Part shown: positions 38,825-49,269 of the stretch, one piece after another
How the letters are laid out: each line of letters opens with the position of its first letter
Position numbering within the stretch: the first letter of the stretch is position 1
Assembly: GCF_004010195.1 (NCBI RefSeq)
Contig: NC_057718.1
Span: 87,106,139 to 87,170,138 of the forward strand
DNA: 64,000 nt
Direction of reading: 5' to 3'
DNA from: Chiloscyllium plagiosum
Lineage: Eukaryota
Translations under genes and position numbers: made by a program
Notes under the pieces: generated by a model
Database searches by the model: none
Seen by the model: only the letters and a program-made list of their open reading frames with translations
Told to the model about the DNA's origin: nothing

Positions 38825-40263
38825 TCCTCAATAGCCACTGGAGGGGTCCTGGAGGACTCACAAGTGGCTAATGTTGTTCCTCTGTTCAAGAAGGGAAATA
38901 GGAATAATCTAGGAAACTATAGCCAGTGAGTCTCACATCAGTGGAGGGAACCTATTGGAGAAGATTCTTAGGCACAGGATTTACAGACATTTGGAAAAGC
39001 ATGGACTAATTAGGGACCATCAGCATAGCTTTGTGTGGGGCAGGTCATGTCCTACTAACATGATTGAATTTTTCAAGGAGGTGATGAAAATGATCGATGA
39101 GATTAAAGCAGTGGATGTTGTCTACTTGGATTGTAGTAAGGCTTTCAACAAGGTCCCTCATCGAGAAGATTAAAGTGCATGGGATCATGATGACTTGGCC
39201 ACCCTGGATTCAGAATTGGCTTGCCCAGAGAAGGTAGTGGTGGAAGGGTGTTTTTCTGGCTGGAGGTCCGTGACTGGAGGCATTCCACAGGGATCCGTAC
39301 TGGGACTTCTGTTGTTTGTGATATATATAAATGATTTGGATGAAAATATAGATGGATGAGTTTGTAAGTTTGCAGTCGATACAAAGACGGTGAAGTTGTT
39401 GAAAGTGTAGGAGCTTGTCAAAAGATACAGTGGGATATAGATTAGTTGCAAAATGGGCGGAGAAATGGCAGATGGAGTTTAATCCAGGTAAGTGCTACAC
39501 TTTCGGAGATCAGATGTTCAGGAAAAGTATACAGTTAATGGCAGGACCCTGAATAGCATTGACGTACAAAGGAATTTTGGGGTACAAGTCATTAGTTCCC
39601 TGATTGTGGCCATGCAAGTAAATAGGCTGGTAAAGAAGGCATCTGGCATGCTTGCCTTTATTGGTTGAGGAACTTAGTGCAAGAGCCAGGAGGTCAAGTT
39701 GCAGCTTTATAAGGTCTTGATTAGGCCACCCTTAGAGTATTGTGTTCAATTCTGGTTGCCATATTACAGGAAGGATGTGAAGACTTTGGACAGGGTCCAG
39801 AAGAGGTTTACCAGGATGCTTCCTGGATTAGAGAGTATGAGCTGTAAGGAGAGGATAGAAAAACTCAGGTTGTTTTTTCCTGAAGCGGCGGATGCTGAGG
39901 GAAGACTTGGTAGAAGTCTATAAAATCATGAGATGAATAGATAGGTTTGAAAGTCGGAATCTTTTTCCCAGAGTTGAAATATCTAATACTAGGGAGTATG
40001 CATTTCAGGTAAGAGGGGGAAAGTTCAAAGGAGTTGTGAGAGGCATGTTTTTTTACACAGAGAGTGGTAGGAGTCTGGAACTTGCTGCCAGGGGTGGGGT
40101 TGGAAGCAGATACAATAGGGCATTTAAGAGACTTTTGGTAAGCACATGAATACGCAAGGATATGGACCAAGGGCAGGCAGAAAGGATTAGTTTAATTTGG
40201 TGTTATGTTTGGCACAACATCGTGCGCTGAAGAGCCTGTTCCTGTGCTATACTTTGTATGTTC
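38825..40263 (+). mobile_element. CR1 LINE, 5'-truncated
   Basis: VANVVPLFKKG, DCSKAFNKVPH, LEYCVQFWLPYYRKD, 3' tail. Confidence 0.9.
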
Positions 40264-40359
40264 CCCTCTCCAACATACTAGTCCATAAGTAGTCCAAATT
40301 TAAGTCTTTTGAGTTGAACTAACATAATTTGGACAGAATAACATTACATTGCTCCCTGT

Positions 40360-40486
40360 TCTGAAGAGAGACCCCAAACGTTAGCTCTGATTTCTCTCCA
40401 CAGATACTGCCAGATTTGCTCTGTTTTTCCAACAATTTCGGTTTTTGTTTCAGATTACCAGCATCCACAGTTCTTTCGGTTTTTTA
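40360..40486 (+). mobile_element. Decayed Penelope-like terminus (related copies at ~9005-9095 and ~57112-57250)
   Basis: CTGAAGA..AAACGTTAGCTCTGATTTCTCTCCACAGATACTGCCAGA..CCAGCATC, similar to family A. Confidence 0.5.
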
Positions 40487-41173
40487 ATCACATTTCTCAT
40501 TCTGTTTATGTACCAGATGTGCCTGTGGTCAGGCTCAGCAGAGATCTAAATTGTCCTACTTCGTCTGTTGTTCAAAGGACTGATGTCAAAATTCCAGTTC
40601 CCAGGATGATCTAAACTCTCAGAAAATCAGAGCTACAATGTTTTAGCTTCATTAACAAAACTTTAAGCTGGGAGTGCAACTACACTAATGCAGCTCAGTT
40701 TTGTAAAATTGATTTTAGCTGGAAGAAAAACAATAGTAGCACCCAGCCTGTCTTTTTGTTTGTGATAAATGCTGAGATTTCATGGTTTATATATTCAAAG
40801 AGGATACTGTTACAGTAATTTCTCCACTAATATGGCAGTGTGATTTCAAAGCATGAGCCACCTTGGGCTGAATCATACCTTATTCTGGCAAAGTATCATT
40901 TTTGTTGAACTTCATGTAAGGTTTCACTGGAAGACTTAGTATGTTTTCTCACACTGTCATCCAAACTGTCCTCAAATTATTACCTGCTCACCCCTATGGT
41001 GCCCCATCACACCCAATACTAATTGATTCTCCCACAATAACCCAAGGTGCTCCTCACTGCCAGGATAGCCCGGGATATCTGATGCTGACAGCATCTTTAA
41101 AAGGCTATTGTGTTTCTGATCAAGCTCTGTTAATGGGAGCTGCCCTGCACAGTTTGTGATATTTCCCCCAGAC

Positions 41174-41700
41174 ATGCCAGATAAGGTGAAATTGACACCC
41201 TGGTTTGTGGAAAGGGGCCTTGAAATCCTGGTGGATGGACTGATGCAGTGCAGTCTCAGATGTCTGGAGAAACACCCAATGGTGGAGATTGAAGGTCAGT
41301 GACTTTTTCTATTCCATCAGGGTAAATGCCACCACCCCTTACTGCAACCTCACACATACTGTATTTCTGGTACAGCACATCTCACATCAAGGACTCGTGC
41401 TCTACTACTCTTGTTGTTACATGCAACATCTTCCTTTACTTGCACTTATCTACCCAATTCCCCTGCATAACCTCCACACTACCTATTCACTTACTTAGGA
41501 CACCAGACCACATTTTCTCCCATCTGCACCCACACTAACAGCAATGCCACCCATTTTTATCTCATTCAGATCCTCCCTTTCTCTCATTCCAGGAAAAAAC
41601 AGCTCACAATACAGCAGAAAGAATCAAGATGGGTGGTGAGGTGCCAAGCATTCGACTCCTCGTCACCTTCAAAGAGAGGAGCCTGACCCTGACTGGCCTG
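41174..41700 (+). pseudogene. PIF/Harbinger Myb/SANT (NAIF1-like) gene relic with intron 41322-41592
   Basis: MPDKVKLTPWFVERGLEILVDGL.., ..KVSDFFYSIR|gtaaat...ttccag|EKTAHNTAERIKMGGEVPSIRLLVTFKERSLTLTG. Frame disrupted. Confidence 0.55.
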
Positions 41701-41974
41701 AGTGGCCAAATGATTGTGCTCAAACCCCTGGACTGTTACCAGAGGCAGCCGGAATCCCCTAACTGAAAATTGTCTCTCTTGGTTTGACTGAATAACTCCT
41801 TAGTCTTGGAGCCATAGCATTTGCTTGGAGCATATACCATGTGTTTGCCCTGACACTGATGGCACAAGGTGCAGGAATGAGATTGAATAGCATGGTGCTG
41901 TTCAGCATCTTGTCCATCAATTTGGTGGATAACCAATAAGCACATAACAAACTTCCTGGCTTTGCTGAAAGTAC

Positions 41975-42057
41975 TGTGGGCGGCACGGTGGCACAGTGGT
42001 TAGCACTGCTGCCTCACAGCGCCAGAGACCCGGGTTCAATTCCCGCCTCAGGCGACT
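41975..42057 (+). mobile_element. Isolated 5' tRNA-like head of an HE1 SINE
   Basis: 83 bp with A and B boxes, flanked by a perfect 42-bp direct repeat. Confidence 0.88.
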
Positions 42058-43521
42058 CCAATAAGCACATAACAAACTTCCTGGCTTTGCTGAAAGTACC
42101 TTATGCCTGTTGGCTCTAGCTGAGGGGGCAAAGCAAAGCAGGCATCCTGTTAGAATCCAAGTAGGCAGTTAGTGATTGAGCACTGGGAAAGCACATGGAC
42201 AGGCTTGAAATGCAGCATAATCCAGTCCATGAGCTGGGTGCTCACGGAGTATGCCCTTAAACATCAATGCCATGTATCTAGGATGGTAGTCCAGAGGAAT
42301 AAGTGACAAGCTGGAGTCGCCAGATATTCACTCAGCCCTTCATGTCAGGAATTTTCAGTCTCTAGTTTTTATCTGGTGGATAGTCAAACATGCATATTAA
42401 TGAGGTGATATTAATTAATAATGAGGATGGTAATGAGCAATCATAACAGTTGACAGGCCTCTTCTGCTCTCTAGAGAGAATCTTATTTCGATGTCCAGAA
42501 CTTAGTTGGAAAATGCAACATGTTGCTCAAGAAAGGCCCCACTCAATTTCTCATGCAATTTTCCTAAATTTCCCTCTGAAGTCCATGTCATTCAAAGCCG
42601 GAGAAGATTCTGTTCATTGTCTGTTGACTTCTACATGTGGACATCTACATGTTTAGGTTTCTTTTCATCTGTGCAAATCCTTATTCAGCCCATTGACAAT
42701 GTGCTATGTCAAATCTATTCCTGATTGTTATAACAGTAGATACCTTCTCCTCATCCACTGATTCCCAATTTGGAGTAACACTAAGTTCCTTAAAAACATG
42801 AAAAGATATAGGATAATATGATACCTGTTGTCTATTTTGGTATCAGAAAGCATTTGACATTGTTTCCCTTGTGAGGTTGACTGAGACATTTACGACTCAT
42901 CGGGCTTATTTTAAATCCTGTTGGGTGTGGAATGCATTCATACATTGTATTCTTCAACAGAGGCTTGACACAATACAACTATTGATTTGGATTTGAATGC
43001 CACCATTTAGTTGTTCACCTGATTCCAGAGAATAGCAGCGGCTCACTGGCAGCAGGGGATGGATCCTTGTGCAAACCACTATTGACTTTTCTTATGGACT
43101 TTCCACACTCGTCTTACTGATTCTCAATGCTTCCAATTCATAAATTGCTCCATGAGCTTTAAACTTATCCTCAAACCTTGCATTAGAATCTTATTGAAAC
43201 AACTCTGAGCATCAATGTCAAGCACATCTCCTCCATATCTCTCACCCACAAGCATAGCTCGTCCCACAAAGCAATCCAGTATGTCGGTAAAGCATCATCT
43301 AGTTATTTTTGTTTGTTCACTGTAATAGTTTAATATGTTTATCTGCTATTAAATGTTGAATATGTTTATTAATTAATCAAGTTTGTATTTGGCTTACTTT
43401 CACCAAGCCAAGAATTAGGCTGAAGGATACTAGTTTTTCTGCCAAGTCATAATATTTTAACATCCTTATTTGTACATGGAGGTTAAGTAAATGGGGATAG
43501 TGGTTTATTATCAGCAAAGGA

Positions 43522-44152
43522 GTGAATGTAGGAGGAGGTATAGTTAGTAAGTTTGCAGATGACACCAAAATTGGTGGTGTAGTGGACGGTGAAGAAAGTT
43601 ACCTCAGATTACAATGGGATCTTGATCAGATGGGCCAATGAGCTGAGAGTGGCAGATGGAGTTTAATTTAGGTAAATGCGAAATGTTGCATTTTGGGAAA
43701 GCAAATCTTATCAGGACTTAAACGCTTAATGGTGAGGTCCTAGGGAGTTTTGCTGAACAAAGAGACCTTGGAGTGCAGTTTCACAGCTCCTTGAAAGTAG
43801 AACCGCAGGTAGATAGGATAGTGGAGAAAGCGTTTGGTATGCTTTCCTTTATAGGTGTGAGTATTGAGTATAGGAATTGGGAGGAGAGAGGGGAAGGTTA
43901 TAAAAGAGACCTAAGGGGCAACTTTTCATACAGAAGCTGGTGTGTGTATGGAATGAGCTGCCAGAAGGCTGGTACAATTGCAACATTTAAAAGGCATCTA
44001 GATTGGTATATGAATAGGAAGGGTTTGGAGGGATATGGGATGGGTGCTGGCAAGTGGGACTAGGTTGAGTTGGGATATCTGGTCAGCATGGATGAGTTGG
44101 AGTGAAGGATCTGTTTCTGTGCTGTACATCTCTATGATTCTATGACTCTATA
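43522..44152 (+). mobile_element. CR1/HER1 3' fragment with internal deletion (~43881)
   Basis: VSKFADDTKIGG..; tail TCTATGATTCTATGACTCTAT. Confidence 0.88.
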
Positions 44153-44253
44153 ACTGGGGGTGATCCTAAAATTAAACCTTACGTACGTTTGACTTGGTGA
44201 AATTATCACATTACCTGGAATAAACATTTCTTAGAGCAACATTATCCAAAATA

Positions 44254-44836
44254 CAGAGGAATCTCAGTTATCCGAATACCAATTATCCGAAAATTGGATT
44301 ATCCGAAGAAGATCTCAAGGTCCTGATAGAAACATTACATCAAAGACGTGTTTCCAACAGCGATCACGTCTTTTGTTTACAGTGATTAAACAGGCACTGT
44401 CTCGAAATGACTAACCCCCCTCCCTCCCTCTCTCCCCACACTTTCCCTGGAGTCCTACAGAGGGATGTACCCTAAACCCCCCTTCACTAGATAATCTCCC
44501 CAACATTGTCCTGCACAGGGCAGAGGTGGAACCTGTCAAAACATGTGTGTGGCTGTGTGTGTGTGCGTGTGTGTGTGCGCGCACGTGTTGTGTATGTGTG
44601 GCTCTGTGTGTGTGTATAAGAGTGTGTGGTTATTGGACAGGGGCGGGGGGGGGGGGGCGGTGTTGAACGGTTGGGGGCTCGCATGCAGCGTGCTGCTGCC
44701 TTGTCTCCTGAATGGGGAGCAGACTTTAAAAACTCCAAACCCCAGAGGAAAGGCATTTAAATCGATTAACCGAATAATCGATTATCCAAACAAAATAGTG
44801 CCCGCCCATCTCGTTCGGATAATCGAGGTTCCCCTG
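44254..44836 (+). mobile_element. Tigger/pogo-like MITE (583 bp)
   Basis: TA|CAGAGGAATCTCAGTTATCCGAA ... TTCGGATAATCGAGGTTCCCCTG|TA. Subterminal TTATCCGAA repeats, internal (GT)n and G-run. Confidence 0.85.
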
Positions 44837-45503
44837 TATTGCTTAATTTGGAAAATAGCAATTCCCAAAGTTATCAATTTTCCTTCAATTGTTCCTTTAA
44901 GAAAAGTAAAGAATGACTGGTGATGCAAAACTGGGCCGTGTGACAGTGGAATCAAAAATATTATACAGCTGCTGGGCCTAATTATCTCTTCAAAAGGGCA
45001 TCCCAGATAGTTCCACTCTCCTGCTCATTTCCCAAAGCCCTATAAATTACTTTCCCCTTTTGATTATCAACTCAGTTCCCTTTTGAAAGTTACGGTTGAA
45101 TTTGCTTCCACCATCCTCTTCAGGTAATGCATTCCAGATATAATAATAACCCACCACATAAAAATGATTAACAAATTCTCTCCTCAAATTATTTCATGAA
45201 TTTCCTGAAACTCATGTCCTCTGGTTCCAGACTCTCTTTTAGTAAAAACTGTTGCTCCCAATTTTGTCTCTCAAAATCTCTCATTATTTTAGACGCTACT
45301 ATTAAATCTTCACTGACCCTTCTCTGCTGTAAGGAGAACAATCTCAAATTCTCCATTCTATGCAAATAACTAATTTTCCCTAAACATCTGCTTGCAGTAC
45401 AGTTTCATCATATCTATTGAAATATGGACAGCAGACGTATACTAGATTGGTTACATGGTACTGCTGTTTTGCATTTTTGTAATGTGTTTAATTTCCCTTC
45501 CAG

Positions 45504-45618
45504 GCGCCATGTGATTCGGTTTACTGCCACTTCTCCTCTTGGACACAATATCAACATAAGTAGTACAGTGCCATTTATCTTTGGTGATGAAGATACGGTT
45601 TTAGTACACCTTAGCAAG
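45504..45618 (+). CDS. ADGB: Androglobin exon (115 nt, phase 2-0): RHVIRFTATSPLGHNINISSTVPFIFGDEDTVLVHLSK
   Basis: tttcccttccag| acceptor, AAG|gtatgt donor. Resembles recalled human RHMLLFNAYSPVGHSIHICSMVSFVIGDE. Confidence 0.93.
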
Positions 45619-46202
45619 GTATGTAGCACAATACTAATCACAGAGCCTATTCATCTGAAACTTGCTACTAATTGAAAGATTACTGGGCACTCAGCAGTTG
45701 GGAATTCATTAAGGCCTTACATTCACAAGATCCCTCACCTGACATCCAACTCGGACTTTGCGGGGTCTTTCAGCCAACTCTCTGGACCAACCTGAAGTTC
45801 CTGCAAACGTTCAAGAGCTTAAATCTGTGTCATTTGTTCTTGAATCATTTATGACCAGGAGCAGTTTCTCTCAATGTACTCTCTCCAGCCGGTTCATGTT
45901 TTTGAAAACTTCCATCAGCTCTCTTTTTTGCTGCCTTCTCTCCAGGTTGAACAGTTGCAACATCAGTCCTCATAACTGAAGTTTCTCACCCCCGGTACCT
46001 TCCTTGTACGCTTCTTCTGCACTCTGTCCACACTGAACTTCATCTGCTACCTATCTGCCTATTCCACAAACTTGTTTTTGTCTTTTAGGATTTCTGCGCT
46101 GCCCTCCTCACAAGTTTCCAAGTTTCATCCATATCAGAAAAAGCCTGTGCTGACCCCTGTTGACCCACTACAAACATTCCACCAGTGGGGTTTTTTTGTC
46201 TC

Positions 46203-46497
46203 AGATTAGATTAGATTCCCTACAGTGTGGAAACAGGCCCTTCGGCCCAACAAGTCCACACCGACCCTCCGAAGAATAACCCACCCAGTCCCATTTCCTT
46301 CTGACTAATGCTCCGAATACTATGGCAATTTAGCATGGCCAATTCATCTGGCCTGCACATCTTTGGACTGTGGGAGGAAACCGGAGCATCCGGAAGAAAC
46401 CCTCGCAGACACGGGGAGAACGTGCAAACTCCACACAGTCAGTCGCCCGAGGCTGGAATTGAACCTGGGACCCTGGTGCTGTGAGGCAGCAGTGCTA
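46203..46497 (-). mobile_element. HE1-like SINE
   Basis: (AGATT)n tail followed by the reverse-complement SINE body. Confidence 0.88.
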
Positions 46498-46740
46498 TTG
46501 GACTTTATTTTCCTCAGGACTGGAAAAATAAATGACTTGTTTGCCAGTGATCACTAAACGCCACGCAATCACTGTACTGGAAGTCCTTGATCCAAAACGC
46601 TCAGCAGGAGTTGTCAGGTGTAGACATTTGGTTTTTGAAAATAGTGGATTTAAAAAATGAGACACAAACAGGCATTTAAAGAAAATATCTTCTGCCAGGC
46701 TCAGAAGTCTAAATGGACTTATTAGAAGTTATTGAGTGTA

Positions 46741-46955
46741 TAGTCAGTTCTGCTATAACACGTGTTTCTTCCGTGCGAATTAGCTTAACGCGATTGAAGA
46801 ATTTAAACAGTTATTTGTAGAACACAAACTTTCTTTACCTGTATTGGCTATAATGCAATTCCAGCCCCCTTAATTTAAATGGCATGTTTTTTGCACTTTT
46901 TTTTATAACTCAAGATCACACAGGAACTGAGCTATCACGTTATAGCAGAACTGTG
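46741..46955. mobile_element. Small MITE with TIRs
   Basis: CAGTTCTGCTATAAC (46745) and GTTATAGCAGAACTG (ends 46953) form a perfect 15-bp inverted pair. TA on the left flank. Confidence 0.65.
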
Positions 46956-47118
46956 GTTTTAACTTGTCCTTTGTAGAATTTGCCCAATTTTTAGTTATAT
47001 AATTGGCAGACAATTCACTATCATGCATTATGGAGTAGTGATCTCACACCAGGCTTAAAAGTCGCGGATGGAACAGATTTCACAGGCCTTCTTCTGTTCC
47101 TTTCTCTTATGGTCTTAT

Positions 47119-47532
47119 TGGTGTTAAAAATCACACAACACCAGGTTATAGTCCAACAGATTTATTTGGAAGTACTAGCTTTCGGAGCGCTGCTCCTTTA
47201 TCGGATAGCTGTGGAGCACGATCATAAGACACAGAATCTTTAGCAAAAGATCTGTGTCATGTAACTGAAACAATATATTGAACAAATCTAGATTCCTATT
47301 TTAATAGCAATCTAGGTTTGTTCAACATATTGCTTCAGTTGCATGACATTGAGATCTTTTGCTGAAGATCTGATTTCATTGAATCTATAAATTCCGTGTC
47401 TTATGATCCCGCTCCGCAGCGACCTAAAAAAGGAGCAGTGCTCAGAAAACTAGTACTTCCAAATAAATCTGTTGGATTACAACCTGGTGTTGTGTGTCCA
47501 CCCAGTCCAACACTGGCACCTAACTCTACATC
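47119..47532. mobile_element. Long fold-back Penelope-like insert (family B)
   Basis: 10-bp TSD ATGGTCTTAT at 47109-47118 and 47533-47542. Imperfect inverted arms of ~165 bp centred near 47300. Both hammerhead copies decayed. Confidence 0.75.
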
Positions 47533-47875
47533 ATGGTCTTATCAGCAACCAGTCACAAAAGTACCTAGACAATTGGCAGCCAGTCAGACAAGTAGTTAGA
47601 CTACTTGCAGACAATCGACCAAATACTGAGGCAGCCAGTTGTACAAGAATGAGTATGTGTACCAGATCATTTTATCCTGGATATTTCTTGAGTGGTTAAA
47701 TGTAGACTGCAATTTCTTAGGCTGTCTATATTCACCTTCTGTACATATTTTGAGAGTATATAGATCTGGCCTTCATGTAAACTATTATGAAGGCAAATCA
47801 AAATATATTATAAAATCTTAGATATGAAATATTGCAGCACAAAGCTTGATTCTCCTGTCTTTCATACATCTACAG

Positions 47876-48043
47876 GATAGCCTGCGATTTATGCAGCATG
47901 CTACCCGCATTATTAAAGCAATTGAAAATGCCATATGTAACTTCAATGATGAGCAAGAGCATCGCAAAACTTCACTGGAACTTCAACATTGTCATTTTCC
48001 ATTCCCATTTGACGATGCTAGTCTGGCTGAGGAGCAAACTAAG
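47876..48043 (+). CDS. ADGB: Androglobin exon (168 nt, phase 0-0), globin E-F helices: DSLRFMQHATRIIKAIENAICNFNDEQEHRKTSLELQHCHFPFPFDDASLAEEQTK
   Basis: ctacag| acceptor, AAG|gtgaat donor. Gap-free 56-aa match to recalled human ESCRFTEQSLLIMKAIGNVIANF..LQTAHYPVPF. Confidence 0.93.
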
Positions 48044-48582
48044 GTGAATTTATTGAAGGTTCAAGATTAGAATTTCTGAAAAAACTAGAAAACGCTTTTG
48101 TAACTGCATCTACACTTAAGTGTTTGCTTTCTTCTGATCAATTTAAAACATTATTTTCTTCCTATTTTAAAATGTTTCTGAGCAAGGTTTTCCCACTTTA
48201 AATGGATAACCACAATTGTTAAATTAATGCCATTAAATCTAGTTTTACCCATTTTTGCTGTTCTGTACTTTAAATAAGAAGTGTTATAAATCACATGCAT
48301 GCATCAAATGCAACAAATGCAGTATTCACTGAGGTTCATTCTCAAAACTATTTGAAAATTTCCTTTTGCTATTATTTTGCACCTCTTTTTAAAATCTTTT
48401 GTGGATTCCATCACTGTCCAGTATGACATATTCTTATCTCTCCCTTTCTTCTTTTAAAAGGAGTTCTTCTGGTTACCAGTTCAGGACTTACAGAAATAGT
48501 TTTTCTTCATTCATATGCAGACGTGCTGGTGTAGTAGTCAGGTCACTACACTAGTAATACAAAGCCCCAAGCTGATAGTGAA

Positions 48583-49037
48583 TCATAGAGATGTACAGCA
48601 TGGAAACAGACCCTTCAGTTCAACCCGTTCATGCTGACCAGATATCCCAACCCAATCTCGTCCCACCTGCCCAGCATCTGGCCCATTTCCCTCCAAACCC
48701 TTCCTATTCATATATCCATCCAAATGCCTCTTAAATATTGCAATTGTACCAGCCTCCACCACATCATCTGGCAGCTCCTTCCATACACACACCACCCTCT
48801 GTGTGAAAAAGTTGCCTCCTAGGTCTCTTTTCTATCTTTCCCCTCTCACCCGAAACCCATGCCTTCTAGTTCTGGACTCCCTGACCCCAGGGAAAAGACT
48901 TTGTCTATTTACCCTATCCATGCCCCTCATAATTTTGTAAACCTCTATAAGGTCACCCCCTCAGCCTCCAGGGAAAACAGCCCCAGCCTGTTCAGCCTCT
49001 CCCTATAGCTCAAACCCTGCATCCCTGGCAACATCCA
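48583..49037 (-). mobile_element. HER1/CR1 3' end
   Basis: Reverse tail plus VCVWKELP..FKRHLDGYMNRKG. Confidence 0.88.
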
Positions 49038-49269
49038 TTCTTAGAGCATGTGTTCAAATCCCACAATGGTGAAGTTTGAATTCAGTAATGACCTTTATTG
49101 AATGAAATCTGTCATTCTTAACTGGTCTGCACCAGAACCTTAGCAATATGAGTAACTTTGAAATACTGCTACAAACCCTGAAAGAAGTAATGAATCTGGG
49201 TGGGGCACCTGGCATCAATCAAGACATCAGAAATTATACTACAATCCTAGCTTTGTTGATCCTACAAAG

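Noticed and set aside
41978..42050. Possible tRNA gene
   Set aside because: Matches the HE1 SINE head and continues into SINE sequence (CTCAGGCGACT); no convincing cloverleaf.
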